64,000 nucleotides of DNA from positions 12,337-76,336 of IMG/VR virus record IMGVR_UViG_3300012665_000509; one strand, 5' to 3'. The DNA is from a virus. Its lineage: Duplodnaviria > Caudoviricetes. The translations under genes were made by a program, and so were the position numbers. Positions within the stretch are counted from its first letter, which is position 1. Each line of letters begins with the position of its first letter. The notes below the pieces were generated by a model that worked only from the letters and a program-made list of their open reading frames with translations, was not told the DNA's origin and ran no database searches. Positions 19,879 through 30,080 of the stretch are shown here, in pieces.

Positions 19879-22800
19879 ATGGCTGAATTTAAACTAGGTA
19901 GAATACGTTTTATATGGAAAGACGTATGGACTCCAAACACAACATACATCAAAGATGATATCATTAGAAATGGTGGTAAAACTTACGTCTGCGTTATCGG
20001 ACACGTAAGTGACGCTAATTTCTATACAGACTTTGATAATATACCTACACGTTGGAATCAAGTAGCTGACGGGTCTGAGTGGAAAGGTGATTGGGCTACT
20101 GGTACATTTTACAAGTTAAATGACTTGGTAAAAGATGGCGGCCGTTTATATATTTGTAACGAAAGCCATACAAGTGCTGGCTCTATTTCAAGTGTAACTG
20201 TTACTGGTAACTTAGTTGCCGGTGCTACAACTGTTACAGGATTATCAGATACTTCACAACTATTAGCAGGCATGTCACTAGCCATCCAAGGTGGTGGCGG
20301 AACTGTAACAGTAGCAACTGATACAATTATTTTAAGTGTTGACAGCCCTACTCAAGTTACTATTGATAAAGCATTAACCGGATCATCAACTGCTTCCGGA
20401 GCAACATTAGTATGGACTACTTCAACAGCTGGTCAACCAGCTGGCGGATCATCTGCCTTAGATGATGATCGTAGCAAGTGGGATTTATACATAACAGCAT
20501 TAGATTGGAAAGGTGATTGGGCTGTTTATACACGTTACCGTATTAACGACATTGTTCGTTACGGCGGACAATCGTATGTGTGTAACGAAGAACACGTTTC
20601 AGCAACTACACTAGCAGATGGTTTAGAAGACGACCTAGCCAAGTGGGACATTTATTCAGAAAGCTTTGAATGGAACCAAGACTGGACTCCTGCCACACGT
20701 TACAAACGCAATGATGTAATTTTATACGGTGGTCAAAGTTACGTTTGTAATTTAGGACACACATCGGCAGCTACTTATACACTAGGTTTAGAAGCAGATC
20801 AGAGCAAGTGGGATTACTTACACAAGGGTATCGAATACAAAACTGGTTGGGATCGTGGCGCAACTATTACTGCTAAAATTGATGACGGCTCTGGCGGAGC
20901 AGGTGATACACTAACAGTTACCGCTATTGCGTTTGGTTCATTACAACCAGGACAGTTATTATTTGGATCAGGTGTTATTGCCGGCACATACATTGTATCT
21001 CAATTAACAGGCACAACTGGTAGTACTGGTACATACCTTGTAAGTCAAGACCACACAATTACTTCTACAACTGTAACTGCTAAACGCAGATACAAGATTA
21101 ACGACATCGTTAAGTGGGGAGCAGATTTATGGATTTGTACAGACAACCATAGTTCAGACCCGGCTAACACATTTGAATCAGATGAAGATTTAGGTCGTTG
21201 GGAACGATTTGTTGAAGGTCTACAGTTTGAAAACAGCTGGGATAGCTCAACAATTTATCAACCAGGCGACGTAGTAACTTACGGTGGTTTTGCTTATATA
21301 TGTGATACTAACCACTCTAACAAAGTACCTACACAAAACCCAGTTGACTGGCAGTTGTTTACTACAGGATTTAAATTCCAAAACGACTACGACATTTCAA
21401 CAGCATATAAAGTTGGCGATGTAGTTCGTCTAAGCGGTTATACATACGTTGCTATTTTAGACAACGTTCAAGTAACCATTAACGCAATAAACACAACACC
21501 AACAGTTACAATTGGTATCGTTGATTATACAAACGTTATTACATTAAGTGCCCCGTCAACTAATCTAGTTGCTGGATTACCTATTACATTCACGGGAACT
21601 ACATTTGGTGGAATCCTTGACGTTGATCCAATTAGTGGTTTACCAAAACAATATTTTGTCAAGCAAGTAATCAGCGCAACACAATTTAATGTAAGTTTAG
21701 AACTAGCTGGCCCAGAAGTAGTTGTAACTACAGCCAACGGTACAATGGCACTTACAACAAATCCAGAACCACCATGCGAAGGATTCTGGAGCAGATTAAA
21801 CAGTGGTGTTAAGTGGATTGACCAAGCAGTTACTAACTCAGCAGTTACAGGTACAAACCTTATTGGTACAGGTACCGGCGCTAAGTTTGATGTAGTTCGT
21901 GAAGGTACATACTACTCAGTAACGTTAGCTGCAGGTTATCTTGGCACTGGATATGCTGCCAATGACACTATTAAGATTTTAGGTACATCATTAGGCGGTG
22001 TAACACCAACTAACGATTTAACAATTACAGTAGCAAGCATTAACGCTGGCGCTATTGATACTATTACATGGTCTGGTACCGCAGTAACTTGGAAGATTGG
22101 TACAGAATATAAACAAGGTGACACTGTCAAGTGGGGTGTAAGTACATTCCTTTGCGTATTACGTCACGTAGCTGAATACGATGTAGGACCTCCTGTGACA
22201 GGTAACCGCCCTGACATCGACTTAGATGGTACATATTGGAACATGTTAGCGGCAGGTGCTGAAGCAGCCGTACTAACAACCAAAGGTGATACACTATACT
22301 TTGGCGGCGCTGGTCCTACAAGATTGCCAATTGGTCAACCTGGACAAGTACTTAAAGTTCTAGGCGACACACCAGGTTGGGAATACTTTGGTGTTGTTGA
22401 TCACGTATACTATGTTGCTCCAAGCGGAATTGATTCGCCAGCTCCATTGTACGGAATTACAGTTGACAAGCCATGGAAAACTGTACGCTACGCAACTGAA
22501 CAAATTGCCAAAGGTCCTAAGAATTATAATTCTAAATACCTAATCGAAAATAATAGACAGTTCATACAAAAAGAAGTAACTGGATGGATTGCTAGTACAT
22601 ATACTGTAAACATTGGCAGTACTATTGCGTCTACAGACGGATTAAGACCAAATCAAATTGTGTTATCTAGCGGCACTACTGTTAATTTATCAGTTAATAT
22701 GCCTATTAAGGTTAGCGCAGACTTTGGTAATATGCTTGCCGCATCGACATATTATGTTAAGACTATTGTTTCTAATACACACTTTACTGTTAGCGCAACT

Positions 22801-25800
22801 GCTGGCGGTGTAGTATTTGCCCAAACAACTGCTAGTGGATCTATTACTGCGTCATTATCATATGATGCCGCTAAATGCGAAAGAGACGTTGGCTATGTAG
22901 TTGATGCGTTAGTATACGACTTGAGCCACGGTGGTAACTCACGTTCACGCAAAGCGGCTCTCAAATATGTTAATGAAGCACCACTAGTATATTCAAAACA
23001 ACAAAAAGTACAAACTGCAGCTGCCTTAAATTATGCGCTAACAGTTATTACTAATATTCTTAATAATACTCCTCCAGTAACTAGTTACCAAAATACTGTA
23101 GATCAAATTATTATTCCGGAGTTAGTACAAGACGCAGTTGCGTTGCCAACATTAACTACATTGACTGGTGTCATTACTAGTGCTATACTTGCTGGAACCG
23201 CAACTAATATTCCAGCTGAACAGTTAACCAACTACACTATCAACATTAAGACTGGTGTGTTCTATGAAGTGTTGCCAATTACAGTACCAGCTAACGTTGC
23301 GTTAGTTGGTGACGAATTGCGTTCAACAAATATTCGCCCAGCAACATCGTTAGTAAGTATTAGCGATGCTCCGTACTCACTAGACGGTTATACTAGATTA
23401 AAAGCAGTTATTGGAGATATTGTACAAGGTAATGCTATTACACCTTCAGCAGGTAATACATTAACACAATTTACTGATGGCCCTGTAGCAACTAGCACAG
23501 AAGCAACTACTGCTTCTTCATTAGTTAGCCAGCTAAGATATACAATTGATTCAAAATTAAATCTATTGAATGACGTAACATTAACTGCGCCAACAGATTA
23601 TAATACTGCTTACTTGGCAGGTTATGGCGATGCTCGTAATTTAATTGTAGCTAATACAGCATTTATACAAGCTGAATTAATTCAACGTATTACTAATAAC
23701 TATCCTTCATTAACATACGATCGTGTAAAATGTGCTAGAGATATTAAATTTATCATTGACGCACTACGTTATGACTTAACCTATGGTGGTAATGTAGCTA
23801 GTTTAGTAGCAGGTAACGCTTACTATGCTGGCGTTGGTGGTGCTTTACAAATTGGTTCTAGCGAATTAGCTGCAACTATTGACGCATACACTTACTTACA
23901 AAGTTTAGTACAAGACATAGCAGTTAACACAAGTGTAGTTCCGTTACAAACAGAAGTTACACAAGTTCCTGGTCCAGCAGGTAGTGCTCTAGCGGCTCTT
24001 GTTGCCATCGACTTAGTAAATAATATTATTACTACTATAAACTCTGGAACTGCTCCAGCAACAGTATTACCAGCTACAACTTGGGTTGCTAGTCCGTTAA
24101 CTACTGCTCAGGCAACATTAGATGCTGCCAAGGCAACAATCCGATCAAATACTATTTCTTGGATTAATTCAAACTACCCAACATTAGTATATGACACAGT
24201 AAAATGTTCACGTGATGTAGGTTATGTAATTGACGCATTGGGTTACGACTTTATGTTCAATGCTAACTTCCAAACATACAAAGCCGCACTAGCTTATGGT
24301 AGATTAAATGCTGCCGTAGCAGTGACTTCACAAAAAGCAGCCACAGTAGCGGCGTGGAATTATGTAAAGACTCAAGCACTTGCTAACGTTGGTGGTGACA
24401 CAACTGCCCAAGCTAGAATTACTGCTAACATGGACATGTTAATTAGCATTGTTGAGGCTAGCACATTTAACGGATCAAACGAGCCAACTAGCACTCAAGC
24501 TGCATATGATGCGGCAAGAATGTTAGAACTTAATAAAGACTTTTTAGCATTAGAAGTTACTCGTTATATTGCGGCTACATATCCAAGCTACACATACGAT
24601 GTAGAAAAATGTAAGCGTGATGTTAGAACTGTAGTTGACGCAATCAAAGAAGATTTAGTTTACGTTGGCAACTATAAAACAAGAACAGCGGCAATTTATT
24701 ATGTAAATGCTGTAACTGGATCTGAAAAATCAGACATGTTCTATGTACGTAATGGTACAGGTATTCGTAACATGACCTTACAAGGATTGTCAGGTTATCT
24801 AAGTTCTCCAAACGCTTATGGCACAAAACGTCCAACAGCCGGTTCATTCACTAGCTTAGATCCAGGATGGGGCCCAGATGATACATCAGCTTGGGTAACT
24901 AACAAATCTTGCTACGTACAAAACGTAACAACATTTGGTACAGGTTGCGTGGGCTGTAAGATTGACGGAACATTACACAATGGTGGTAACCGTTCTATCG
25001 TGTCTAACGACTTTACACAGATCTTAAGTGACGGTATTGGTGTATGGTGTACAGGAACAGAAGCACTAACTGAATTAGTGTCAGTGTTCTCATACTATGG
25101 ACACATGGGATACTTGGCAGAAGACGGTGGTAAGATTCGTGCTACTAACGGTAACAGCTCATATGGTACATATGGTTGCGTATCAGAAGGTGTTGACATT
25201 ACCGAAGTGCCTATTACTGCGGTAGTAGATAATCGTTACAACGAAGCTTCAATTACAAACGTAATTACTAATAACAGTCAAGTATGGGCAGTTGAATATC
25301 TTAACGCTGGATCATACTATGATCAGGCAACATATACAATTAACGGCGCTGGCGCAAACGCAACCGCAGTTGCTAATGAATTCCGTGACGATGCGGTGTT
25401 TGAAGTACGTATTACAGACCCAACTGACAGTAACGATATTGGCGGTTTAGGTTACATTACTTCAAGTAACATTGCCCAAGGTGGTAACACTACACAAATC
25501 ACACTAGCAGCCACTGACGGAAACCTAAGCAGTGCGTATGTTGGTATGCGTATTCAAATTACTAGTGGTACAGGTGTTGGCCAGTATGGTTATGTAAACA
25601 CATACAATAACGGTAGTAAGATTGCTACAATTCTTAAAGAGTCAACTGGTACAGCAGGTTGGGATCATGTAATTCCAGGCACACCGATTGCTTCTACACT
25701 CGACTTAACAACAGCATACATTGTTGAACCAAGAATTAGTTTTGGTGCTCCAGGATATGCTGCCACAGAAACAACACAAGTATCAGGAACATGGGTTGAT

Positions 25801-27966
25801 GCTACTTATGTTAGTATGAACGCTACATATACAGCAGTTGCAGCAACTGGCGGTAGTGGAACACTTGGCTTATTTGATGTTGTAAAAACTGGTAATACAT
25901 ATACAGTAACACTAAGCAGTGGCGGTAGCAACTATGTTGCCGGCGAAACATTATATATCGCAGGATCAGCACTTGGCGGCTTGGCAGGTGGATCACCTGG
26001 ATTTGCTAATGATATAACAATTAAGATTGTTACAGTAACTAGTGTTTCAAAAGCAATTACTAACTTTACATGGACTGGATATGCTAGTGGCGGACGTTAT
26101 GTTGCTATATCTGGCAACAGTACAGCAACGCAATATTCAACAAACGGACTTGTATGGGCTTCAGGCGGCGCATTGCCAGCAGGCACATATAGATCAGTTG
26201 TTTCTGGATTAGTTAGTAGCGTAAGCACACTTGTTGCTACCTCAAGCGCAACTAGTAACGTAACAGCAAAATCAGTAGATGGCGGTACTACTTGGACAGC
26301 AGGCGGTACATTACCGCAAAGCCGTAACTGGGAATCAGTTGCTTACGGTAACGGAGTATTTGTCACAGTCGCAAAAGGCACTGGAACAAATCCATCAACA
26401 GATTCTGCGTATTCAGTAAACGGCGGAACAGCATGGGTATCGGCCGCGTTACCAAACGCAGCCTGGACCGGTGTAGCGTTTGGTGCTGGAAAATTTGTAG
26501 CAATCGCAACTGGTACACAAACTAGTGCTTATTCAACAAGCAACGGACAAATTTGGTTAACTGCTCCGGTAGGATTACCGTCAACAGCAACTTGGTCAAG
26601 TATTACATATGGTAATAACAGATTCGTAGCTATTGGTGGATACGGTGCTAACTCAACTGCGTCAGCATACTCGTTAGACGGTATTACATGGTACGCAGGC
26701 GGAACTTTACCAGCTAACCAGCAGTGGTCTAGTGTGCATTACGGCCAAGGTGTGTTTATGGCATCAGCAGACACTGGAGTTATTGCTACCAGTGAAGATG
26801 GTGTATTGTGGACAACACAGGCTCTAACAACAAGCGGAATATGGACTGGCGCTGTTGCGTTTGGTAATCCAAATTGGAATCCAGCCTGGGTTCAATTATC
26901 TTCAACTACTACTGCTAACAGAATTGTTACTGGTGCTAAGGCCAAAGGCCGCGCAAGAGTAACTGACAATAAGATTGTAGAGATTAGAATTACCGATCCA
27001 GGTAGCGGTTACACATCAACACCGCTTATGGCGATTGGCGATCCTAATAGAACACAAGTATTAACATGGCAAGTTCGTACAGGCAAAGGCGCATTAGCTA
27101 ACCCAACCTTTACTAACAGAGGAACATTATATAGTACTGCTACCGCAACATTAACTGGTAACGGTTACTCGGACTTGTATCAATACGGTACATACGTTAA
27201 CGTTAAGAGTTTAACAGCTAACCCAACAGCGGGTTCTAACGTAGTATTTGATGGAGTAGCTGGAATTTACAAACTAGTTAACGTGAGAAACTTTGTTGCG
27301 GACAACGGCACTTATGTTGCTAGATTCCAAGTAAGTCCTCCAATGTCAGTGTTTGCTAGCCCAGAACACGAAGCTAGCACAGTTATGCGTATTAGATACT
27401 CACAAGTACGTCTAACTGGACATGACTTATTAAGTATTGGTACTGGTAATTTCCAGACTACTAACTATCCAGGATTACCACTTCAAGCCGCTGATCCGGC
27501 AAAAGAATTGGTAGAACGTGGAGGCGGTCGTGTGTTCTACACAAGTACTGACCAAGATGGTAACTTTAGAGTAGGTACATTGTTCAGTATTGAACAGGCA
27601 ACGGGTGTTGCGACTCTAAACGCAGATGCGTTTAACTTAGCAGGATTGAACGAACTAACACTAGGTTCAGTGGCCTTAGGCGGCGCTGGTGCTACAATTA
27701 GTGAGTTCTCAACAGATCCGTTCTTTACTGCTAATAGTGACGCAATCATACCAACACAACGAGCAATCAAGGCGTATATTAACAGTCAAATTGGTGGCGG
27801 TGGCTCCCAATTGAACGTAAATACATTAACGGCGGGCGTAATCTTTATCGCGAATAACTCGATATCGACAACATCTGGAGTTCAAATTAACGTACCAAGT
27901 AAGATGAACTTCACAGGCGGCATTGACGGAAGTCCAGTCGCAATGAACTTCTTTTTACTAGGATAA
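19879..27966 (+). CDS. Giant tail fibre/baseplate protein with four phycobiliprotein-like helical inserts
   Basis: 2695 aa with the same MAEFKLGRIRF start and domain skeleton as 13931; KCxRD motifs with Cys codons at 22876, 23731, 24205 and 24610. Confidence 0.75.
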   Translation: MAEFKLGRIRFIWKDVWTPNTTYIKDDIIRNGGKTYVCVIGHVSDANFYTDFDNIPTRWNQVADGSEWKGDWATGTFYKLNDLVKDGGRLYICNESHTSAGSISSVTVTGNLVAGATTVTGLSDTSQLLAGMSLAIQGGGGTVTVATDTIILSVDSPTQVTIDKALTGSSTASGATLVWTTSTAGQPAGGSSALDDDRSKWDLYITALDWKGDWAVYTRYRINDIVRYGGQSYVCNEEHVSATTLADGLEDDLAKWDIYSESFEWNQDWTPATRYKRNDVILYGGQSYVCNLGHTSAATYTLGLEADQSKWDYLHKGIEYKTGWDRGATITAKIDDGSGGAGDTLTVTAIAFGSLQPGQLLFGSGVIAGTYIVSQLTGTTGSTGTYLVSQDHTITSTTVTAKRRYKINDIVKWGADLWICTDNHSSDPANTFESDEDLGRWERFVEGLQFENSWDSSTIYQPGDVVTYGGFAYICDTNHSNKVPTQNPVDWQLFTTGFKFQNDYDISTAYKVGDVVRLSGYTYVAILDNVQVTINAINTTPTVTIGIVDYTNVITLSAPSTNLVAGLPITFTGTTFGGILDVDPISGLPKQYFVKQVISATQFNVSLELAGPEVVVTTANGTMALTTNPEPPCEGFWSRLNSGVKWIDQAVTNSAVTGTNLIGTGTGAKFDVVREGTYYSVTLAAGYLGTGYAANDTIKILGTSLGGVTPTNDLTITVASINAGAIDTITWSGTAVTWKIGTEYKQGDTVKWGVSTFLCVLRHVAEYDVGPPVTGNRPDIDLDGTYWNMLAAGAEAAVLTTKGDTLYFGGAGPTRLPIGQPGQVLKVLGDTPGWEYFGVVDHVYYVAPSGIDSPAPLYGITVDKPWKTVRYATEQIAKGPKNYNSKYLIENNRQFIQKEVTGWIASTYTVNIGSTIASTDGLRPNQIVLSSGTTVNLSVNMPIKVSADFGNMLAASTYYVKTIVSNTHFTVSATAGGVVFAQTTASGSITASLSYDAAKCERDVGYVVDALVYDLSHGGNSRSRKAALKYVNEAPLVYSKQQKVQTAAALNYALTVITNILNNTPPVTSYQNTVDQIIIPELVQDAVALPTLTTLTGVITSAILAGTATNIPAEQLTNYTINIKTGVFYEVLPITVPANVALVGDELRSTNIRPATSLVSISDAPYSLDGYTRLKAVIGDIVQGNAITPSAGNTLTQFTDGPVATSTEATTASSLVSQLRYTIDSKLNLLNDVTLTAPTDYNTAYLAGYGDARNLIVANTAFIQAELIQRITNNYPSLTYDRVKCARDIKFIIDALRYDLTYGGNVASLVAGNAYYAGVGGALQIGSSELAATIDAYTYLQSLVQDIAVNTSVVPLQTEVTQVPGPAGSALAALVAIDLVNNIITTINSGTAPATVLPATTWVASPLTTAQATLDAAKATIRSNTISWINSNYPTLVYDTVKCSRDVGYVIDALGYDFMFNANFQTYKAALAYGRLNAAVAVTSQKAATVAAWNYVKTQALANVGGDTTAQARITANMDMLISIVEASTFNGSNEPTSTQAAYDAARMLELNKDFLALEVTRYIAATYPSYTYDVEKCKRDVRTVVDAIKEDLVYVGNYKTRTAAIYYVNAVTGSEKSDMFYVRNGTGIRNMTLQGLSGYLSSPNAYGTKRPTAGSFTSLDPGWGPDDTSAWVTNKSCYVQNVTTFGTGCVGCKIDGTLHNGGNRSIVSNDFTQILSDGIGVWCTGTEALTELVSVFSYYGHMGYLAEDGGKIRATNGNSSYGTYGCVSEGVDITEVPITAVVDNRYNEASITNVITNNSQVWAVEYLNAGSYYDQATYTINGAGANATAVANEFRDDAVFEVRITDPTDSNDIGGLGYITSSNIAQGGNTTQITLAATDGNLSSAYVGMRIQITSGTGVGQYGYVNTYNNGSKIATILKESTGTAGWDHVIPGTPIASTLDLTTAYIVEPRISFGAPGYAATETTQVSGTWVDATYVSMNATYTAVAATGGSGTLGLFDVVKTGNTYTVTLSSGGSNYVAGETLYIAGSALGGLAGGSPGFANDITIKIVTVTSVSKAITNFTWTGYASGGRYVAISGNSTATQYSTNGLVWASGGALPAGTYRSVVSGLVSSVSTLVATSSATSNVTAKSVDGGTTWTAGGTLPQSRNWESVAYGNGVFVTVAKGTGTNPSTDSAYSVNGGTAWVSAALPNAAWTGVAFGAGKFVAIATGTQTSAYSTSNGQIWLTAPVGLPSTATWSSITYGNNRFVAIGGYGANSTASAYSLDGITWYAGGTLPANQQWSSVHYGQGVFMASADTGVIATSEDGVLWTTQALTTSGIWTGAVAFGNPNWNPAWVQLSSTTTANRIVTGAKAKGRARVTDNKIVEIRITDPGSGYTSTPLMAIGDPNRTQVLTWQVRTGKGALANPTFTNRGTLYSTATATLTGNGYSDLYQYGTYVNVKSLTANPTAGSNVVFDGVAGIYKLVNVRNFVADNGTYVARFQVSPPMSVFASPEHEASTVMRIRYSQVRLTGHDLLSIGTGNFQTTNYPGLPLQAADPAKELVERGGGRVFYTSTDQDGNFRVGTLFSIEQATGVATLNADAFNLAGLNELTLGSVALGGAGATISEFSTDPFFTANSDAIIPTQRAIKAYINSQIGGGGSQLNVNTLTAGVIFIANNSISTTSGVQINVPSKMNFTGGIDGSPVAMNFFLLG

Positions 27967-27980
27967 TGGAGAAATAAATT

Positions 27981-28301
27981 ATGGCAACAGGTAGATTAGG
28001 TACCGCGGATTTAGCGGCAGCAACTAATACAAGTGTATATACTGTACCAAGTACAACTTTTACAGTAGCTACAGTATCAATTTGTAATCGGAGTAATTCT
28101 CCAATTACGATTAGATTGGCGGTTTCGGCATCAGGAACTCCAACAGCAGATGAATGGTTAGAATATGACGTTGAAGTCATGGCTAAAGGTGTACTAGAAC
28201 GTACAGGTTTAGTATGTGATGCAGCGAAGCAAATCGTAGTACGTAGCAGTAGTGCTAACGTTAGTGCGGTTGTATTCGGCATTGAAACATCTACAGTATA
28301 A
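27981..28301 (+). CDS. Small beta-rich structural/adaptor protein
   Basis: SVYTVPS...VSICNRS...GVLERTGLV pattern; follows a gene ending AMNFFLLG. Confidence 0.6.
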   Translation: MATGRLGTADLAAATNTSVYTVPSTTFTVATVSICNRSNSPITIRLAVSASGTPTADEWLEYDVEVMAKGVLERTGLVCDAAKQIVVRSSSANVSAVVFGIETSTV

Positions 28302-28324
28302 ATATAACGATAGAGGAATTCCAA

Positions 28325-28648
28325 ATGGGACGATATATAACAACAACCGGAACGGCAGCTAACGTAGTTAGAACAATCAGTTCATCATATAATGCTTTAG
28401 TAAACGATCGCATTATTTGTACAGCTGGTGGGTTTACAATTACTTTGCCAGTTTCATCATCTTTAATCGATAATGATACAATTCAAATCATTGACGGTAC
28501 AGGTGTGTCAGCTAGCAGTAACATTACTGTTGCTCGTAACGGTGCTAAGATACAAAATTTAAGCGAAGATCTAGTTATCAACGTGGCAAATGCTTGCGTT
28601 ACACTAGTTTATTCGACTGCAATCGGTACGTGGTTAATTACAAGATAA
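28325..28648 (+). CDS. Short fibre-joint/baseplate-anchor-like protein
   Basis: GGFTITLP...DTIQIIDG...NITVARNGAKIQNLSEDLVINV..VTLVY...W, resembling T4 long-fibre/baseplate joint modules; TATAAATA upstream at 28297-28304. Confidence 0.55.
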   Translation: MGRYITTTGTAANVVRTISSSYNALVNDRIICTAGGFTITLPVSSSLIDNDTIQIIDGTGVSASSNITVARNGAKIQNLSEDLVINVANACVTLVYSTAIGTWLITR

Positions 28649-28658
28649 GGATACAAAC

Positions 28659-29414
28659 ATGTCTAACTTAAGAGACCTGTTGCCGATCACACCAATTACT
28701 GCCAATTATAAACAGATTCAAATCGCTGTTTTTAATGGTAATATTGAAAGCGCGAATAACGGCGGCAGATGTTGTTGCTGGGTTGTTCCGCAAGGTGCGT
28801 CGTGGGCAACATTTGAATTATGGAGCGCAGGCGGTGACGGCGCAGGAGCCTGTTGCTGTATGGGTCCATACTGGGGTCCAGGGGCCGGACAGTATGTAAA
28901 ACGAGAATTACAAGTAACTGGCGGATGCTTCTTTACTGTATGTGCAGCTGGTTCAGGATGTTGTGCTCAACAATGTTGCGGAGTATGCGGAAACCCTAGT
29001 TGGGTTACTTGCGGTACCGGTGGCGGCATGTCAGCGTGTGCTGGCGGTGGACACATGGGGTGCGTATTGTGCTTTAGAACATACATGGGCTGTACTGGTA
29101 TTTGTATACCTGCTTGTAGTTATGGATGTTATAACGTGGGCAATATGGCTATGCCATCAGTTGCTAGCGTAAACAAAACGTCAAACTACTGCTGGAGTAA
29201 CATGTGGCAGGGTGCTCAAGGAACACCAAAACTTGGAAATAATTTCCGCCAAGGGTTAGAATACTGTACTACACAATTAACACGTGATGGTTACTTTGGT
29301 ATTGAAGGACCAAAATGGCCAGGTGGTCCAGGAAATAGTGCTACTGCTTGCGGTGGCGGATGTTGCTGGGGCGGTTATGGCGCCGGCGGACTAGTTTTAA
29401 TTACATACGGTTAA
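28659..29414 (+). CDS. Cys/Gly-rich fibre-tip adhesin-like protein 1
   Basis: 26 Cys counted in 251 aa; W.VP.GA.WA.FELW.AGG.GAG and terminal GAGGLVLITY (glycine-rich, gp38-adhesin-like layout). Confidence 0.6.
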   Translation: MSNLRDLLPITPITANYKQIQIAVFNGNIESANNGGRCCCWVVPQGASWATFELWSAGGDGAGACCCMGPYWGPGAGQYVKRELQVTGGCFFTVCAAGSGCCAQQCCGVCGNPSWVTCGTGGGMSACAGGGHMGCVLCFRTYMGCTGICIPACSYGCYNVGNMAMPSVASVNKTSNYCWSNMWQGAQGTPKLGNNFRQGLEYCTTQLTRDGYFGIEGPKWPGGPGNSATACGGGCCWGGYGAGGLVLITYG

Positions 29415-29430
29415 TCAGGGGTTAAAGAAA

Positions 29431-30078
29431 ATGCCAGAAATTACAAGAATTGAAAAAACGTTTACGTATGATATCGCTGATGCGTATCTACATCAAACAA
29501 ATGCGTTAAACAGAACAGCAGAATGGACATATACTGGCCCAGACAAGTTGTATATGTTTATTGACGCTACAACACTACGTCCAACTAGTAGATATCATCT
29601 TACTGATCGTGACAATGGTGCTGAAGTGCCTACGCCAGAAGGTATGATTAAAGTAATGGTGAATGCCAATACACATCCTGAAATTGCTAGCTTACTTCAC
29701 GAAGAAAAAATATACGGAGAGCTTCCTCATACAGTTGAAAATCTTCCGGACAATACAACATACGGCCATCCAGATCCTATTCCACCAGATCATACATATG
29801 AACTAACAGAATTAGAATACGATCTTGAAGCACAAGAATTTAAAAAGCCATATCCTTGGAAAAAGCCACACATGACGTGGGAAGAATTAATATTAGTTCG
29901 TAATGCCGATTTAAAATCTAGTGATACTAAATTGTTAATGGCACAAGAAGAAGACAAGGCAGCTTGGGAAACTTACAGACAAAAACTACGAGATCTACCT
30001 ACTACATTTGCGGGTGTAGATCCTTGGAAAGTAACATTCCCACAATCTCCTGAAGTAGTACCAACTCCGGGAGTATAA
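29431..30078 (+). CDS. Tail fibre assembly chaperone-like protein 1
   Basis: RNADLKSSD...WETYRQKLRDLP..FP is the Tfa/Phage_tail_APC-type motif. Confidence 0.7.
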   Translation: MPEITRIEKTFTYDIADAYLHQTNALNRTAEWTYTGPDKLYMFIDATTLRPTSRYHLTDRDNGAEVPTPEGMIKVMVNANTHPEIASLLHEEKIYGELPHTVENLPDNTTYGHPDPIPPDHTYELTELEYDLEAQEFKKPYPWKKPHMTWEELILVRNADLKSSDTKLLMAQEEDKAAWETYRQKLRDLPTTFAGVDPWKVTFPQSPEVVPTPGV

Positions 30079-30080
30079 AA

